Below are positions 48,669 to 57,926 of a stretch of 64,000 nucleotides of DNA, one piece after another. A model generated the notes under the pieces. It saw only the letters and a program-made list of their open reading frames with translations, was not told where the DNA came from and searched no databases. A program made the translations under genes and the position numbers. Positions within the stretch are counted from its first letter, which is position 1; each line of letters begins with the position of its first letter. The stretch comes from a virus (Duplodnaviria; Heunggongvirae; Uroviricota; Caudoviricetes), in IMG/VR virus record IMGVR_UViG_3300037424_000495, positions 1 to 64,000 of that record; one strand, written 5' to 3'.

Positions 48669-49639
48669 ATGGACAAGTCGTTCCGAGCCAAGTATTAAAC
48701 GTCTTTAATAACGGTCGCAGCGACCGCTGGCTCAAGGTGACATTCACACGGCGACTTGCGGGTCGGGGCGGCAACAATGTTGGCACAATACATTGCACAC
48801 CGAATCACTGCTTCTGGACGCCGGATAAAAATGACTACACACCAGCCAGTGAGTTGCGTGTTGGAAATCTCGTCAATTTACTTCGCTCTGACACCGATCT
48901 AACCCCAGTCCAGCACGCTATCTTGCCACCGACCGCAACACATTACAAGCCGCTTCTAGTCTCGCAGCGTGTTGTCGCTATTGAAGAATACATTGCTCCA
49001 CGAGCAAACCGCTATGACATTGAAACCGAAACACATAATTACTTCGCTAATGGTGTTTTGACTCACAATTCTAATTCGCGCGTGGGGCTTCTGAAAGTTG
49101 ATGGCGAATGGCAATTTGTTGCCGGCTCCCATAAGACTGCCCGCAAGCAGATTGATCCTGAAGGGCGAGAATCCGTGTACTGGTCTCCACTTCAGGATTT
49201 TAATGTGTTGCGGATGCTTACCGATATGTGCAATGAAGCCAACGATATTATTCTATTCGGTGAGTTATACGGTCCTGGAGTTCAAGACTTAGACTATGGG
49301 ATTCCTGCCGGTGACATTGGTTGGCGGATGTTTGATATCACTGCGAATGGAGAATACTTGGACTGGGGTCTCATTGCATTCTTATCCATGCACTACGATG
49401 TGCCCACTGTTCCGCTGCTTTATTCAGGTCCATTCAAACGGGAGTTGATCGACGAATTGACTTGTGGCCCGACGACTGTCGTCTCGGGGACCGAGATCAA
49501 ATCCAAATTCAAAGGTCGTGAAGGGATCGTCATTACACCATTGGTAGAAGAGACATGCAGCATTGGCCGTCTAATTCTAAAGTCTGTCAGCGCGGATTAT
49601 TTAGACAGGAAGGGAGCAGAAGACAATGGTGACATCTAA
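48572..49639 (+). CDS. remainder of the mini-intein plus the RNA ligase nucleotidyltransferase domain (Rnl2-like), in the -1 frame relative to the upstream segment
   Basis: Intein block B TPNHCFWT and C-terminal YDIETETHNYFANGVLTHN|S; extein motifs ILFGELYG (III), GWRMFDI (IV), KGREGIVIT (V), LILKSVSADY (VI). Confidence 0.6.
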   Translation: MPNVPGTYHNGRRVQEKDWTHVRIGDFVLGVVNGQVVPSQVLNVFNNGRSDRWLKVTFTRRLAGRGGNNVGTIHCTPNHCFWTPDKNDYTPASELRVGNLVNLLRSDTDLTPVQHAILPPTATHYKPLLVSQRVVAIEEYIAPRANRYDIETETHNYFANGVLTHNSNSRVGLLKVDGEWQFVAGSHKTARKQIDPEGRESVYWSPLQDFNVLRMLTDMCNEANDIILFGELYGPGVQDLDYGIPAGDIGWRMFDITANGEYLDWGLIAFLSMHYDVPTVPLLYSGPFKRELIDELTCGPTTVVSGTEIKSKFKGREGIVITPLVEETCSIGRLILKSVSADYLDRKGAEDNGDI

Positions 49640-50510
49640 CACGTGCTTAACATCTGACGATCAATTGTTCACAAAAAATCGAAGCCGTGAAGCTCCATCT
49701 TTTGCAAATATCAATCTTCTCGGCCGATGTAATGTAGACTGTTATTTCTGCCTGGGAAAAGATATCCCAGACTTGCTTGCGCCTCATAACCAATTGACAA
49801 CACACTTTTTGCAGTGGAATAATTGGCTGGATTTCCTGATAACGTGCCAGCAACACAACATTCGTAAGCTGTATGTCACCGGCCAGAACACCGACAGTTT
49901 ACAGTATCGGTATCTTGCAGAATTGATTAACTATTTGCACAGGTATGGCTTCCAAGTCGGACTGCGAACAAATGGCTACTTGGCATTGAAGCAAATGGCG
50001 GCCATAAACCAATGCGACTTATCGGTTGGCTACTCAATTCATACGCTCAAGCCAGATATAAACTTTCAGTTGATGAAACACCGCCGGCTACCAGAATGGC
50101 AAACTATTTTGGAAAAGACAAAGCGGCCACGAGTACAAATTGTTGTTACAAGACACAATGCTTCCGAAGTATTTGACATTATTAAATGGCTGTCACAATT
50201 TCCACATCTACGTTATGTACAAGTGCGGCGTGTCAGCAGCGACACTCGGCGTGAGGAATTAGCGCCCGACGCATTGGCTTATGATACGTTACTCTCGCAG
50301 GTACAGGATTTGTATCCACGAGAAAGTGTTCTATGGGGCACAGCAAGCATTTATCGAATACATGGGCTGCCAGTATGCTTCTGGCAAACAACAGCCACAA
50401 GTATCAACAGTTTCAACTACTTTACAGACGGCACTATCAGCCGTGAGTATTTTATTGTTGAAGGCTATAAGAAAGCCTTGCAAGGAGCCAAGTGTGACAC
50501 CAAAGTCTAA
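49626..50510 (+). CDS. radical SAM enzyme
   Basis: CNVDCYFC (CxxxCxxC) cluster-binding motif near the N-terminus. Confidence 0.65.
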   Translation: MVTSNTCLTSDDQLFTKNRSREAPSFANINLLGRCNVDCYFCLGKDIPDLLAPHNQLTTHFLQWNNWLDFLITCQQHNIRKLYVTGQNTDSLQYRYLAELINYLHRYGFQVGLRTNGYLALKQMAAINQCDLSVGYSIHTLKPDINFQLMKHRRLPEWQTILEKTKRPRVQIVVTRHNASEVFDIIKWLSQFPHLRYVQVRRVSSDTRREELAPDALAYDTLLSQVQDLYPRESVLWGTASIYRIHGLPVCFWQTTATSINSFNYFTDGTISREYFIVEGYKKALQGAKCDTKV

Positions 50511-50985
50511 AGAAATCATACTATTATCCTTACGTGGCTTACTTATAGCCCAATGTCTTTTCCTTTTACTACCATACAGTATCGGCTGGTGGTATGACCA
50601 TACTGGACCACACGCTTCCGAACAACTTTGGCTTAATAAAGCTATTACGCATTGCAAACAGATGCGAGCAGCGTGCGTCGATCCCGATCTCTGCGATATC
50701 CTTGACTACACCATTCAACGCTATCACCGCATCGGCGGCTTTGATGTAGCTGTTATGCCTTGCTTCACTCCCGATGATAGCGACGGTGGTTACGTGATTG
50801 GTATAAATATGCCAACATGCCCGGGAATGTGTATTGACCCAAAAGTTTTAAATTACCCAATTGAAATAGGCGCGATGGTTGTAGTTCATGAGGCCATGCA
50901 CGATTACCGGCCGTGGTGGGGCCACAATCACATCAATGAACGTGAACGCAAACTCTATGACCTTTCCTACAGTGTAAGGAGATAA
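50493..50985 (+). CDS. secreted/membrane HExxH zinc-metallopeptidase-like protein
   Basis: GTG after AGGAG; signal-like LLSLRGLLIAQCLFLLLPYS; HEAMHDY motif. Confidence 0.4.
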
Positions 50986-50987
50986 CG

Positions 50988-51665
50988 ATGGATTATACTC
51001 GCGAACAAATTTTAAGCGTCTTGGACATTGCGGTTCTACGACCGGCTGCACCCTTATTAGAAATTCAAGAGGCTGCTATTGAAGTAGAGCGGCAGAACAT
51101 GGCTTCCGTATGCGTCACCTCAGCTAACGTGGCGTTTGCCCGGCGGTTCACAAAACGAGTTTGTGCTGTCGTTGGTTTTCCACACGGCAACACGTTACCG
51201 CAAATCAAAGCCGTTGAAGCACAGAATGCGATCAAAGATGGGGCGGTAGAAATTGATTTTGTTCTTAATTACGGACATTTTCTGTCCGGCGATATCCGAA
51301 CTGTCGAAGAAGAATTGCAATTATTGTCACAGACACGTGCGGAAGTATACGGATGCAAATTAAAAGCGATTCTTGAAACATGCTACTACCATCCTTCACA
51401 AATCGCAACAATCAGTGAGCTTTGCATCAGCTATGGCATGGACTTTATAAAAACATCGACAGGCTTCGGTCTGGAGACGGCTATTTATGCTAGTCTACCT
51501 GACGCACTTCAAGTAATCCTTAACACAATCAAAAAGTGTAATAGCCGCACGAAGGTTAAAGCCAGCGGCGGTATTCGATCTTACGCAGATGCGTGTAAAT
51601 ATCTGGATATGGGCTGTACACGTTTAGGCGTCAGCTATCAAAACTATGAGAATTTGCTGCCATGA
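50988..51665 (+). CDS. deoxyribose-phosphate aldolase (DeoC/DERA family)
   Basis: VVGFPHG, Schiff-base lysine context IKTSTGF, KASGGIR. Confidence 0.75.
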   Translation: MDYTREQILSVLDIAVLRPAAPLLEIQEAAIEVERQNMASVCVTSANVAFARRFTKRVCAVVGFPHGNTLPQIKAVEAQNAIKDGAVEIDFVLNYGHFLSGDIRTVEEELQLLSQTRAEVYGCKLKAILETCYYHPSQIATISELCISYGMDFIKTSTGFGLETAIYASLPDALQVILNTIKKCNSRTKVKASGGIRSYADACKYLDMGCTRLGVSYQNYENLLP

Positions 51666-51889
51666 AAATACCTGCTGGTTACATCGTGGAGAAACGCCTA
51701 CGAAACATCTTAGGCGAACCGCATGAAGAAACGATTCTCACGCACCCTTGTGGTTCCTACATCGCCTGGTGTGTTCAAATCCAAGCTGATGGCACACCGT
51801 CCCACAAGAGACTGAAATCTATGAAAATAGAAGTCTCAAAAATAATAGACCAACACATTGCGTACTTTAATTTAAACCGCGCGGCATAA
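51662..51889 (+). CDS. small hypothetical protein
   Basis: ORF in track. Confidence 0.35.
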   Translation: MKIPAGYIVEKRLRNILGEPHEETILTHPCGSYIAWCVQIQADGTPSHKRLKSMKIEVSKIIDQHIAYFNLNRAA

Positions 51890-51891
51890 CA

Positions 51892-52476
51892 ATGACTAAA
51901 CATAAAATGAATCGTTTAGCTTTCAACCGATGCTACTTATGCGGTCCTATGGACCGTGTTCCAGACGGTGGAATCGGTTGGCGTCAAAAGCTTATCCACG
52001 ATCTGAAAGACTTAAAAATCAATTGGCTCAATCCATGCTGTAAACCTATTGACATAGGTGTCGAAGATTTGGAGAGCCGCGCGGCACGGAATTACGCCAA
52101 GCAAATGGGCGATTTTGGCTATGTGCAAACCCAAATGCAACAAATTTGTCCGGTTGACTTGCGGATGGTCGATATAAGCGATCTCTTAATCGTCAATCTC
52201 GATCTAGCTGTCCATGCGACAGGGTCGTATGAGGAACTTTTCCGCGCTAATAACCTTGGTAAACCGATTTTAGTGCGAATCGAGCAAGGAATTGAACATA
52301 CGCCGGATTGGCTCTTGGGTCGCCTCCCTCTCGAAATGCTTTTTTCTACTTGGGACCAAGTTAAAACCTATGTGCGGCATATTGCACACGATCCAGTTAT
52401 TGACCGACTGAATCGATGGTTCTTTTTCAATTACACCGGTGAATATCCACACAAAAAGAAAAACAGCAAGCATTAG
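51892..52476 (+). CDS. nucleoside 2-deoxyribosyltransferase-like (NDT/DNPH1-type) protein
   Basis: CYLCGPM near the N-terminus and DLLIVNLDLAVHATGSYEELFRANNLGKPIL resemble the NDT family YLAGP / D..GT.fE.G signatures. Confidence 0.55.
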   Translation: MTKHKMNRLAFNRCYLCGPMDRVPDGGIGWRQKLIHDLKDLKINWLNPCCKPIDIGVEDLESRAARNYAKQMGDFGYVQTQMQQICPVDLRMVDISDLLIVNLDLAVHATGSYEELFRANNLGKPILVRIEQGIEHTPDWLLGRLPLEMLFSTWDQVKTYVRHIAHDPVIDRLNRWFFFNYTGEYPHKKKNSKH

Positions 52477-52485
52477 AGTTCAACT

Positions 52486-52708
52486 AATGAAACCTGATTC
52501 AAGCACACCAAAACGATCATTCTTGAAAGCCTTATCCTGGGAAACTTTCTCGAATCTTATCTGCTTCGTACTTGCCATTGCTATGTTTGGCAACATTGGC
52601 GGATGCGTAGCATTCACTATTCTTGCATTCATTGTGAAACTGATTCTTTATTATTGGCATGAACGTATTTGGCACCAAATCCCTTTCGGAAAGAACATAC
52701 GTGAATAA
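52486..52708 (+). CDS. small membrane protein
   Basis: Two hydrophobic helices FSNLICFVLAIAMFGNIGG / AFTILAFIVKLILYYW. Confidence 0.4.
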
Positions 52709-52862
52709 AACAGCAAAGACACTTCTTGAAATTGGTTGCGGTTTGGCACTCACCGGCGGTGCGGGTTTTGCATGGAATGCTTGGCAAATTAACGGATGGT
52801 TAGCCTGTTTTATTGCTCTTACAGGTCTCACGTTAATAACACATCCTTTTACAGTTGACTAA
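52659..52862 (+). CDS. small membrane protein
   Basis: Hydrophobic TLLEIGCGLALTGGAGF / WLACFIALTGLTLI. Confidence 0.35.
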   Translation: MNVFGTKSLSERTYVNKTAKTLLEIGCGLALTGGAGFAWNAWQINGWLACFIALTGLTLITHPFTVD

Positions 52863-52981
52863 CGATCCTCACGGGAGCCGGGGAGGTTGTCCAGCGAATC
52901 CGGGCTGGCGGTAAGGTTGGAGCATCAAGATTACTGGTCCGGCAGTAAGACTGACGCAGTACCCGGCTCTAGGAAGTAATT

Positions 52982-53236
52982 ATGCGTAAGACATGCAGAC
53001 AATGCAATAAACCCGTAGCCTTTGAAGGCTGTGCCAGGTGTGAAAATTGCTACGAAGTCGAAAGACGCCTTGAAGAATACCTCAGCCATCCGCGTGGTTT
53101 AGAGTTCGTATGTAATCTTTTAAAAACACAAGAAATTCAACGCAATCTCGAAGCGTTTGAACGCGGAGACTTTAAACCACTTTCGCAAGTGATCGAAGAC
53201 CTGCGGATTAAAATCAAAGAGGCTGAACATGGTTAA
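52982..53236 (+). CDS. small zinc-finger protein
   Basis: CRQCNKP...CARCENC; AGGAAG RBS. Confidence 0.4.
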   Translation: MRKTCRQCNKPVAFEGCARCENCYEVERRLEEYLSHPRGLEFVCNLLKTQEIQRNLEAFERGDFKPLSQVIEDLRIKIKEAEHG

Positions 53237-53852
53237 TTGGGAAGAAGCACAAAAACACGAAGCAGAATACTGGCAAAATTGCCTTGGTATGAGAGCCTGG
53301 GGTGAATTCTGCAAGCAGGAAATGTACGCCCGTGAAATGGGCCTATGGGATGCCTATGGCAACGGCCTAGGTGAATTACAGATGCAGGGCAAATCTGTCC
53401 TCGATGTCGGCGGCGGTCCTGTATCCATGACTCTTCGCTGTCTGGACGCTTCCCGATTGCTCGTAGTTGATCCGTGTGAGTGGCCGTCGTCAGTTTTACG
53501 GCGTTACCATAATTACGGTATTCAATTCGTCCGGCAACCGTGTGAAGACTTAGATAAGATATTTCTTGAACCAGCAACATGCTATGACGAAGTATGGATT
53601 TACAACGTACTTCAACACGTTCAAGACCCTGTCAAAGTCATGCAAAATGCAATTGCGCGTGTTGCTCCCGGCGGCGTTCTTCGTGTCTTCGAGTGGTGCT
53701 ATATACCGGCGGACGCTTGCCATCCACACGTTCTGACTCCCGAGGGATTGCTTACCTGGCTGACTGGTACACGCATCTTGCAAGTACGAATTCCACGTCT
53801 CAAAGAATTTTGGTCTGACGCAACCGCATTCTGTGGTGTTTTCGGGCGTTAG
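53229..53852 (+). CDS. class I SAM-dependent methyltransferase
   Basis: Motif I VLDVGGGPVSMTL. Confidence 0.6.
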   Translation: MVNWEEAQKHEAEYWQNCLGMRAWGEFCKQEMYAREMGLWDAYGNGLGELQMQGKSVLDVGGGPVSMTLRCLDASRLLVVDPCEWPSSVLRRYHNYGIQFVRQPCEDLDKIFLEPATCYDEVWIYNVLQHVQDPVKVMQNAIARVAPGGVLRVFEWCYIPADACHPHVLTPEGLLTWLTGTRILQVRIPRLKEFWSDATAFCGVFGR

Positions 53853-53944
53853 ACTCCAATCATAATTCGCAATACTGATCTAACTGTATGGACGAATCTG
53901 GTCCTACCGGTGTTAACGGCATCCAACCTCAGAAGAAAGCTACT

Positions 53945-54220
53945 ATGCCAACCTTTCGACGCGAAAAAGTTCCTCGCCGCAACGAGCGTTGCCCTTGTGG
54001 CAGCGGCAAAAAAGCCAAACGCTGTTGTTTAGCAAAAATTAAAATGCTCGCCACATTACCACCACGTGTTCGGAAGCAACTTGTAGTCGCCAAAGTGCTT
54101 CGCCGCCCGGTCGGAGAAACCCCGCCCGTACCAAAGAATCTTTTGAATCTTACTGACGGCAAAATCATCACATCAGATGGCGTCGAAATTCCTATTCAAA
54201 GTGCGGAGATCACAATCTAA
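53945..54220 (+). CDS. SEC-C motif (SecA C-terminal zinc-binding) domain protein
   Basis: ERCPCGSGKKAKRCC. Confidence 0.6.
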   Translation: MPTFRREKVPRRNERCPCGSGKKAKRCCLAKIKMLATLPPRVRKQLVVAKVLRRPVGETPPVPKNLLNLTDGKIITSDGVEIPIQSAEITI

Positions 54221-54222
54221 CC

Positions 54223-55224
54223 ATGCGTAAACCTAAATCTCTTAGCTACTCAGCACTTACACTATGGGAAACAGATCGAGACGAATTTTATATTCGCTAT
54301 CTTTCGGATCGCGCCGCTCCACGCCCTCCGCAAGAGAAGCCAATGGCAGTTGGATCGGCTTTTGACGCCTATGTTAAAGCTAATCTCCACGCTGCTTTGT
54401 TTGGAGCCGGCTCGAACCCGCAATTCGAGTTTAAAACCATCTTTGAGGCCCAAGTCGAGAAACAATGCCGTGATTTCGCCTTGGAAGCTGGCAAAGTAGT
54501 CTATGACGCATACAAATTGACCGGTGCTTACGATGATTTGTTGAAACTTTTACAGCAGTCCATTGAGCCACCACGCTTTGAGTTCACTGTCACCGGCAAC
54601 ATTGGCGGTGCGCCTTTCCTCGGCAAGCCGGATTGCCGTTTCGTCCTCGACTTGGGACAAGGACGTATTTCATGTATCTTCGATTTCAAAGTTCACGGCT
54701 ATTGCGGCAAATACAATACATCCCCGTCTAAAGGTTACATGGTTTGTTTAGACGGATTCAAAGCGGCCAAACCAAGCAAGAGTCACGGTAAAGAACACGC
54801 GATGTTCTTACCCTATGACTTCCGTGGCTTTACCATCAATTCCGGCTACATGGAATTTTGCAACAGTGAATACGCCGATCAACTTTGTCTCTATGGCTGG
54901 TTACTAGGCGAAAAACCAGGCGATGAAAATGTAGTATGCGGCATTGAAGAAATGTGCGCTAAATTCATGGGTGCAGATGTGCCCCCAACATTCCGATACG
55001 CACGCCATCGAGGACGTGTCAAAGCCGACTACCAACTTGCTTTGGAAGCCCGTGTTAAGAAATGCTGGGATGCAATCACAGACGGGTACATCTTCTCCGA
55101 CTTGTCTCCCGAAGATAGTCAAGCCCGTTGTGAAGTGCTTGATCAAATGGCCGTTACTCTTATGCCAGATGGCTCAGCTTTAGACAAATGGTTTTCAGAA
55201 GTCACGAAACCGTCGAGGTTTTAA
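54223..55224 (+). CDS. PD-(D/E)xK nuclease superfamily-like protein (Cas4/RecB-like exonuclease fold)
   Basis: N-terminal LSYSALTLWETDRDEFYIRYL and CIFDFKVHGYCGK (D...D.K) pattern; weak. Confidence 0.4.
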   Translation: MRKPKSLSYSALTLWETDRDEFYIRYLSDRAAPRPPQEKPMAVGSAFDAYVKANLHAALFGAGSNPQFEFKTIFEAQVEKQCRDFALEAGKVVYDAYKLTGAYDDLLKLLQQSIEPPRFEFTVTGNIGGAPFLGKPDCRFVLDLGQGRISCIFDFKVHGYCGKYNTSPSKGYMVCLDGFKAAKPSKSHGKEHAMFLPYDFRGFTINSGYMEFCNSEYADQLCLYGWLLGEKPGDENVVCGIEEMCAKFMGADVPPTFRYARHRGRVKADYQLALEARVKKCWDAITDGYIFSDLSPEDSQARCEVLDQMAVTLMPDGSALDKWFSEVTKPSRF

Positions 55225-55433
55225 TGTTAATTTTAAGCTTGGTTATTGTATTCTTGTGGGTGCTTGGCTCAATGTTGACGCTCAAAATGGACGCCATGTT
55301 TGGTGACACCGCAACAGACTGGAGCCAATGGTGGCTCTCCTTAATCGCCTGGGTGCCCATCGGCATACTTATGTTAACTACAAAACATAAAGCCAGATTT
55401 CGTTACCACCCTGATGACGAGTTTTACTACTGA
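55188..55433 (+). CDS. small membrane protein
   Basis: Two TM helices. Confidence 0.35.
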   Translation: MVFRSHETVEVLMLILSLVIVFLWVLGSMLTLKMDAMFGDTATDWSQWWLSLIAWVPIGILMLTTKHKARFRYHPDDEFYY

Positions 55434-55447
55434 AATGAGACAATAAG

Positions 55448-55684
55448 ATGAATCAAGTAATTGGCGTCTGTTCAATATGCGGCGGAAATGTTGTTTTTCC
55501 AAATATGATGGTGAATGCAGTGCCTTATTGTGAACGCTGCGGCGCACGATCTCGCCAACCGGTTATCCCAATGCAGAAGCCTATCAAACCCACTTGGCCG
55601 ACAGAACGCCCGACACGACCTTTCTTATATGAATACCACTGCGGCGATGTTGCACCGTTCCACACCGGCTGGATTAACTGCTAA
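55448..55684 (+). CDS. small zinc-ribbon protein
   Basis: CSICGGN ... CERCGA. Confidence 0.4.
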   Translation: MNQVIGVCSICGGNVVFPNMMVNAVPYCERCGARSRQPVIPMQKPIKPTWPTERPTRPFLYEYHCGDVAPFHTGWINC

Positions 55685-56146
55685 GGATGATTCGATGCCT
55701 ATTCCTGTACAACTATTAGATCGTATCCGATCTACATCGTTCGATAACCATAAAATCGCCGACACCTTGGAAAAAATAGCTGTCATCGCAGACGCAAGAA
55801 ATCTTAATGAGTGTGCTGTCAACATTGAATTTGACCGTGCAACAGATGCAATACACGCCGGCGATTTAATTCCAATGGTAACACTTTCCTTAGCACGAAG
55901 AGTCTGAATAAAGGTTTAAAATGACCGTAAAAGAACTTAAAGACGTGCTCCAAAACCTTGATGACAATTTAAATGTCCATATTCAAGACGATCCTCAAGA
56001 CGTTCACACGAAGTTAGTAACAACTGTAAAACTCTATAAACACGATGACAGTGTCCTATACCAGCAGGATAAGAGACCAGTCGCCTCGGTAATAAACCGA
56101 CTGCTGTTGTCGTAGTCATAGACACTCACATTGGAGAGGCTAGAGT

Positions 56147-56389
56147 ATGTCAGCCTTGGCAGTAATCGCTTTTGCGTTTGTCTGTGGTTTCGCAATGGAC
56201 CTTGTTTGGACCCTTTGCGTAAACGCCGTCACATGCAAGAAGCCTGTAACTGCCGCCAATTTGAGCGCCATCCTTTATATCTGCACCGTCGTCTCAACAG
56301 TCTTAATCATTGAAAAATGTTTTATCGCCGTCGCCGCCTACATCGTCGGCGGTTGGCTTGGTACTTACCTTGTTGTGCGTTGGAGATAA
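56147..56389 (+). CDS. small membrane protein
   Basis: Hydrophobic throughout (AVIAFAFVCGFAMDLVW...). Confidence 0.35.
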   Translation: MSALAVIAFAFVCGFAMDLVWTLCVNAVTCKKPVTAANLSAILYICTVVSTVLIIEKCFIAVAAYIVGGWLGTYLVVRWR

Positions 56390-56705
56390 AAGTTCATGCA
56401 CAGCCTAAGTCATATTGGCAAGCAAACCGGTACAGTGATGATCGACAATAGAAAACTATCTATCATCGGCTGGAGCTATTCAGATGCCGACTCCAAGCCG
56501 CTTTCTGTGGCCTACAAACATCGACTTTATTCACCTACAACCATTGAATTTAATTTTATTTTCCCTGCATTTTGCTGGTGGAAACCTTGGACGTGGTTTA
56601 ATAGTCAACGAAAACAGTGGCAAAAATATCTCCGTATAAGTCAAAGATACCGCCCACTATAACCCTGTTAAATCAATTTGCTATGAAACGCTTCCTCTCT
56701 TATGT

Positions 56706-56745
56706 CGCCGTGTTTTATCTCGGTGTTTTATCTCGGTGCCATCTT
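56706..56745 (+). repeat. tandem direct repeat 2 x GTGTTTTATCTCGGT in an intergenic region
   Basis: GCCGTGTTTTATCTCGGTGTTTTATCTCGGTGCC. Confidence 0.6.
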
Positions 56746-57219
56746 CTCTTTAAGATTCAGTTGTCATTGATTTGATGAAATACCGTGCATTAAATCTTGG
56801 CATCTTGCAGATGGGGATCGGTCCAGGATTGTTGTGGTTCCGAGTCTTCAACAAAGGGTTTCGCATAAAAGACCTGCAACAATCTCCGCTACTATTCTCT
56901 GAGCGGAATAGATTGGTGTTCGCTGTAACAATTTTCCAGTATCACATAAGACCGTTGTTATGAGTAGTAAAGTCATACGAATTTTAATCTATCAAGGCAA
57001 GCATGGAGACGAGTATTGGATCGCGGACACAGACGCGCAAGTGGATTGTGCTTGTCGTAAATTGTTTAAACGATTTGATGAGGATGGTTGTTACGAAGAT
57101 GATGAACCAGCCTTAAAAGAGGCTCGTGAAGGTGACATTCAAGCCATCAGGCACTTACTCACAAAACATCGCGGCTTTGAGTACGAGAAATGGAGCATCG
57201 TCATTGCGGTTGATCCACT

Positions 57220-57918
57220 ATGCGAATAATATCATCCTTTAAAGACTATTACGACTGTGTGCAGTCGCAGGGGCAAGATCAATCTTTGCTGTATCTGCGT
57301 GAGCCAAAAGAAGTTGTACTAGAAGGACGGCAGACACCTTTCCAATTTACGACTATCCTTCAGCGATGGGGTAATGATATCATTTACGGTTGTAACGTGA
57401 TTGGTTTCTGCGGTCGCGTTATACCCGTTCTCAGTTTGTGTCATCCGCAAGATTCTAGCATCAAGCCAGTATTTGCCTACACGCTGGCCGAAGTTGATTC
57501 CTTCGTCGAGGCACATTTCAAGAAGGCCCGGATAGAACGCTACTACGCCGCCAAGCGTAAAAGCTATTGGAGCGAGTTATGGCGGTATACGTCACACAGG
57601 ACAATTGACGAATTCTTCCAAGAAGCCGCGCGTCACGCTGGCGACTTTGAGCATCTGTTTCAAAATAATCGCAGCCCAATCTTCACCTACCGCGAGTGTC
57701 GGGCAGGTCACATTCTCACATTCAACGGCTGCTTGAAGGAGTTCCAATTCTTCAAGTTAGTGGACCCGTACACAGCATTTCAAGAGATTCAAATGTATCT
57801 GGGCGGCATGGCGTTTCCAAATAAACCTATGCCACAAATTGATGACAAGACAATGGCGGAAGCCAAAGGATTTAACAAATGGAGTTTCCGTAAAGAATCT
57901 AAACAATCGCATAAATGA
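57220..57918 (+). CDS. hypothetical protein
   Basis: ORF in track. Confidence 0.45.
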   Translation: MRIISSFKDYYDCVQSQGQDQSLLYLREPKEVVLEGRQTPFQFTTILQRWGNDIIYGCNVIGFCGRVIPVLSLCHPQDSSIKPVFAYTLAEVDSFVEAHFKKARIERYYAAKRKSYWSELWRYTSHRTIDEFFQEAARHAGDFEHLFQNNRSPIFTYRECRAGHILTFNGCLKEFQFFKLVDPYTAFQEIQMYLGGMAFPNKPMPQIDDKTMAEAKGFNKWSFRKESKQSHK

Positions 57919-57926
57919 ACGCCTAA

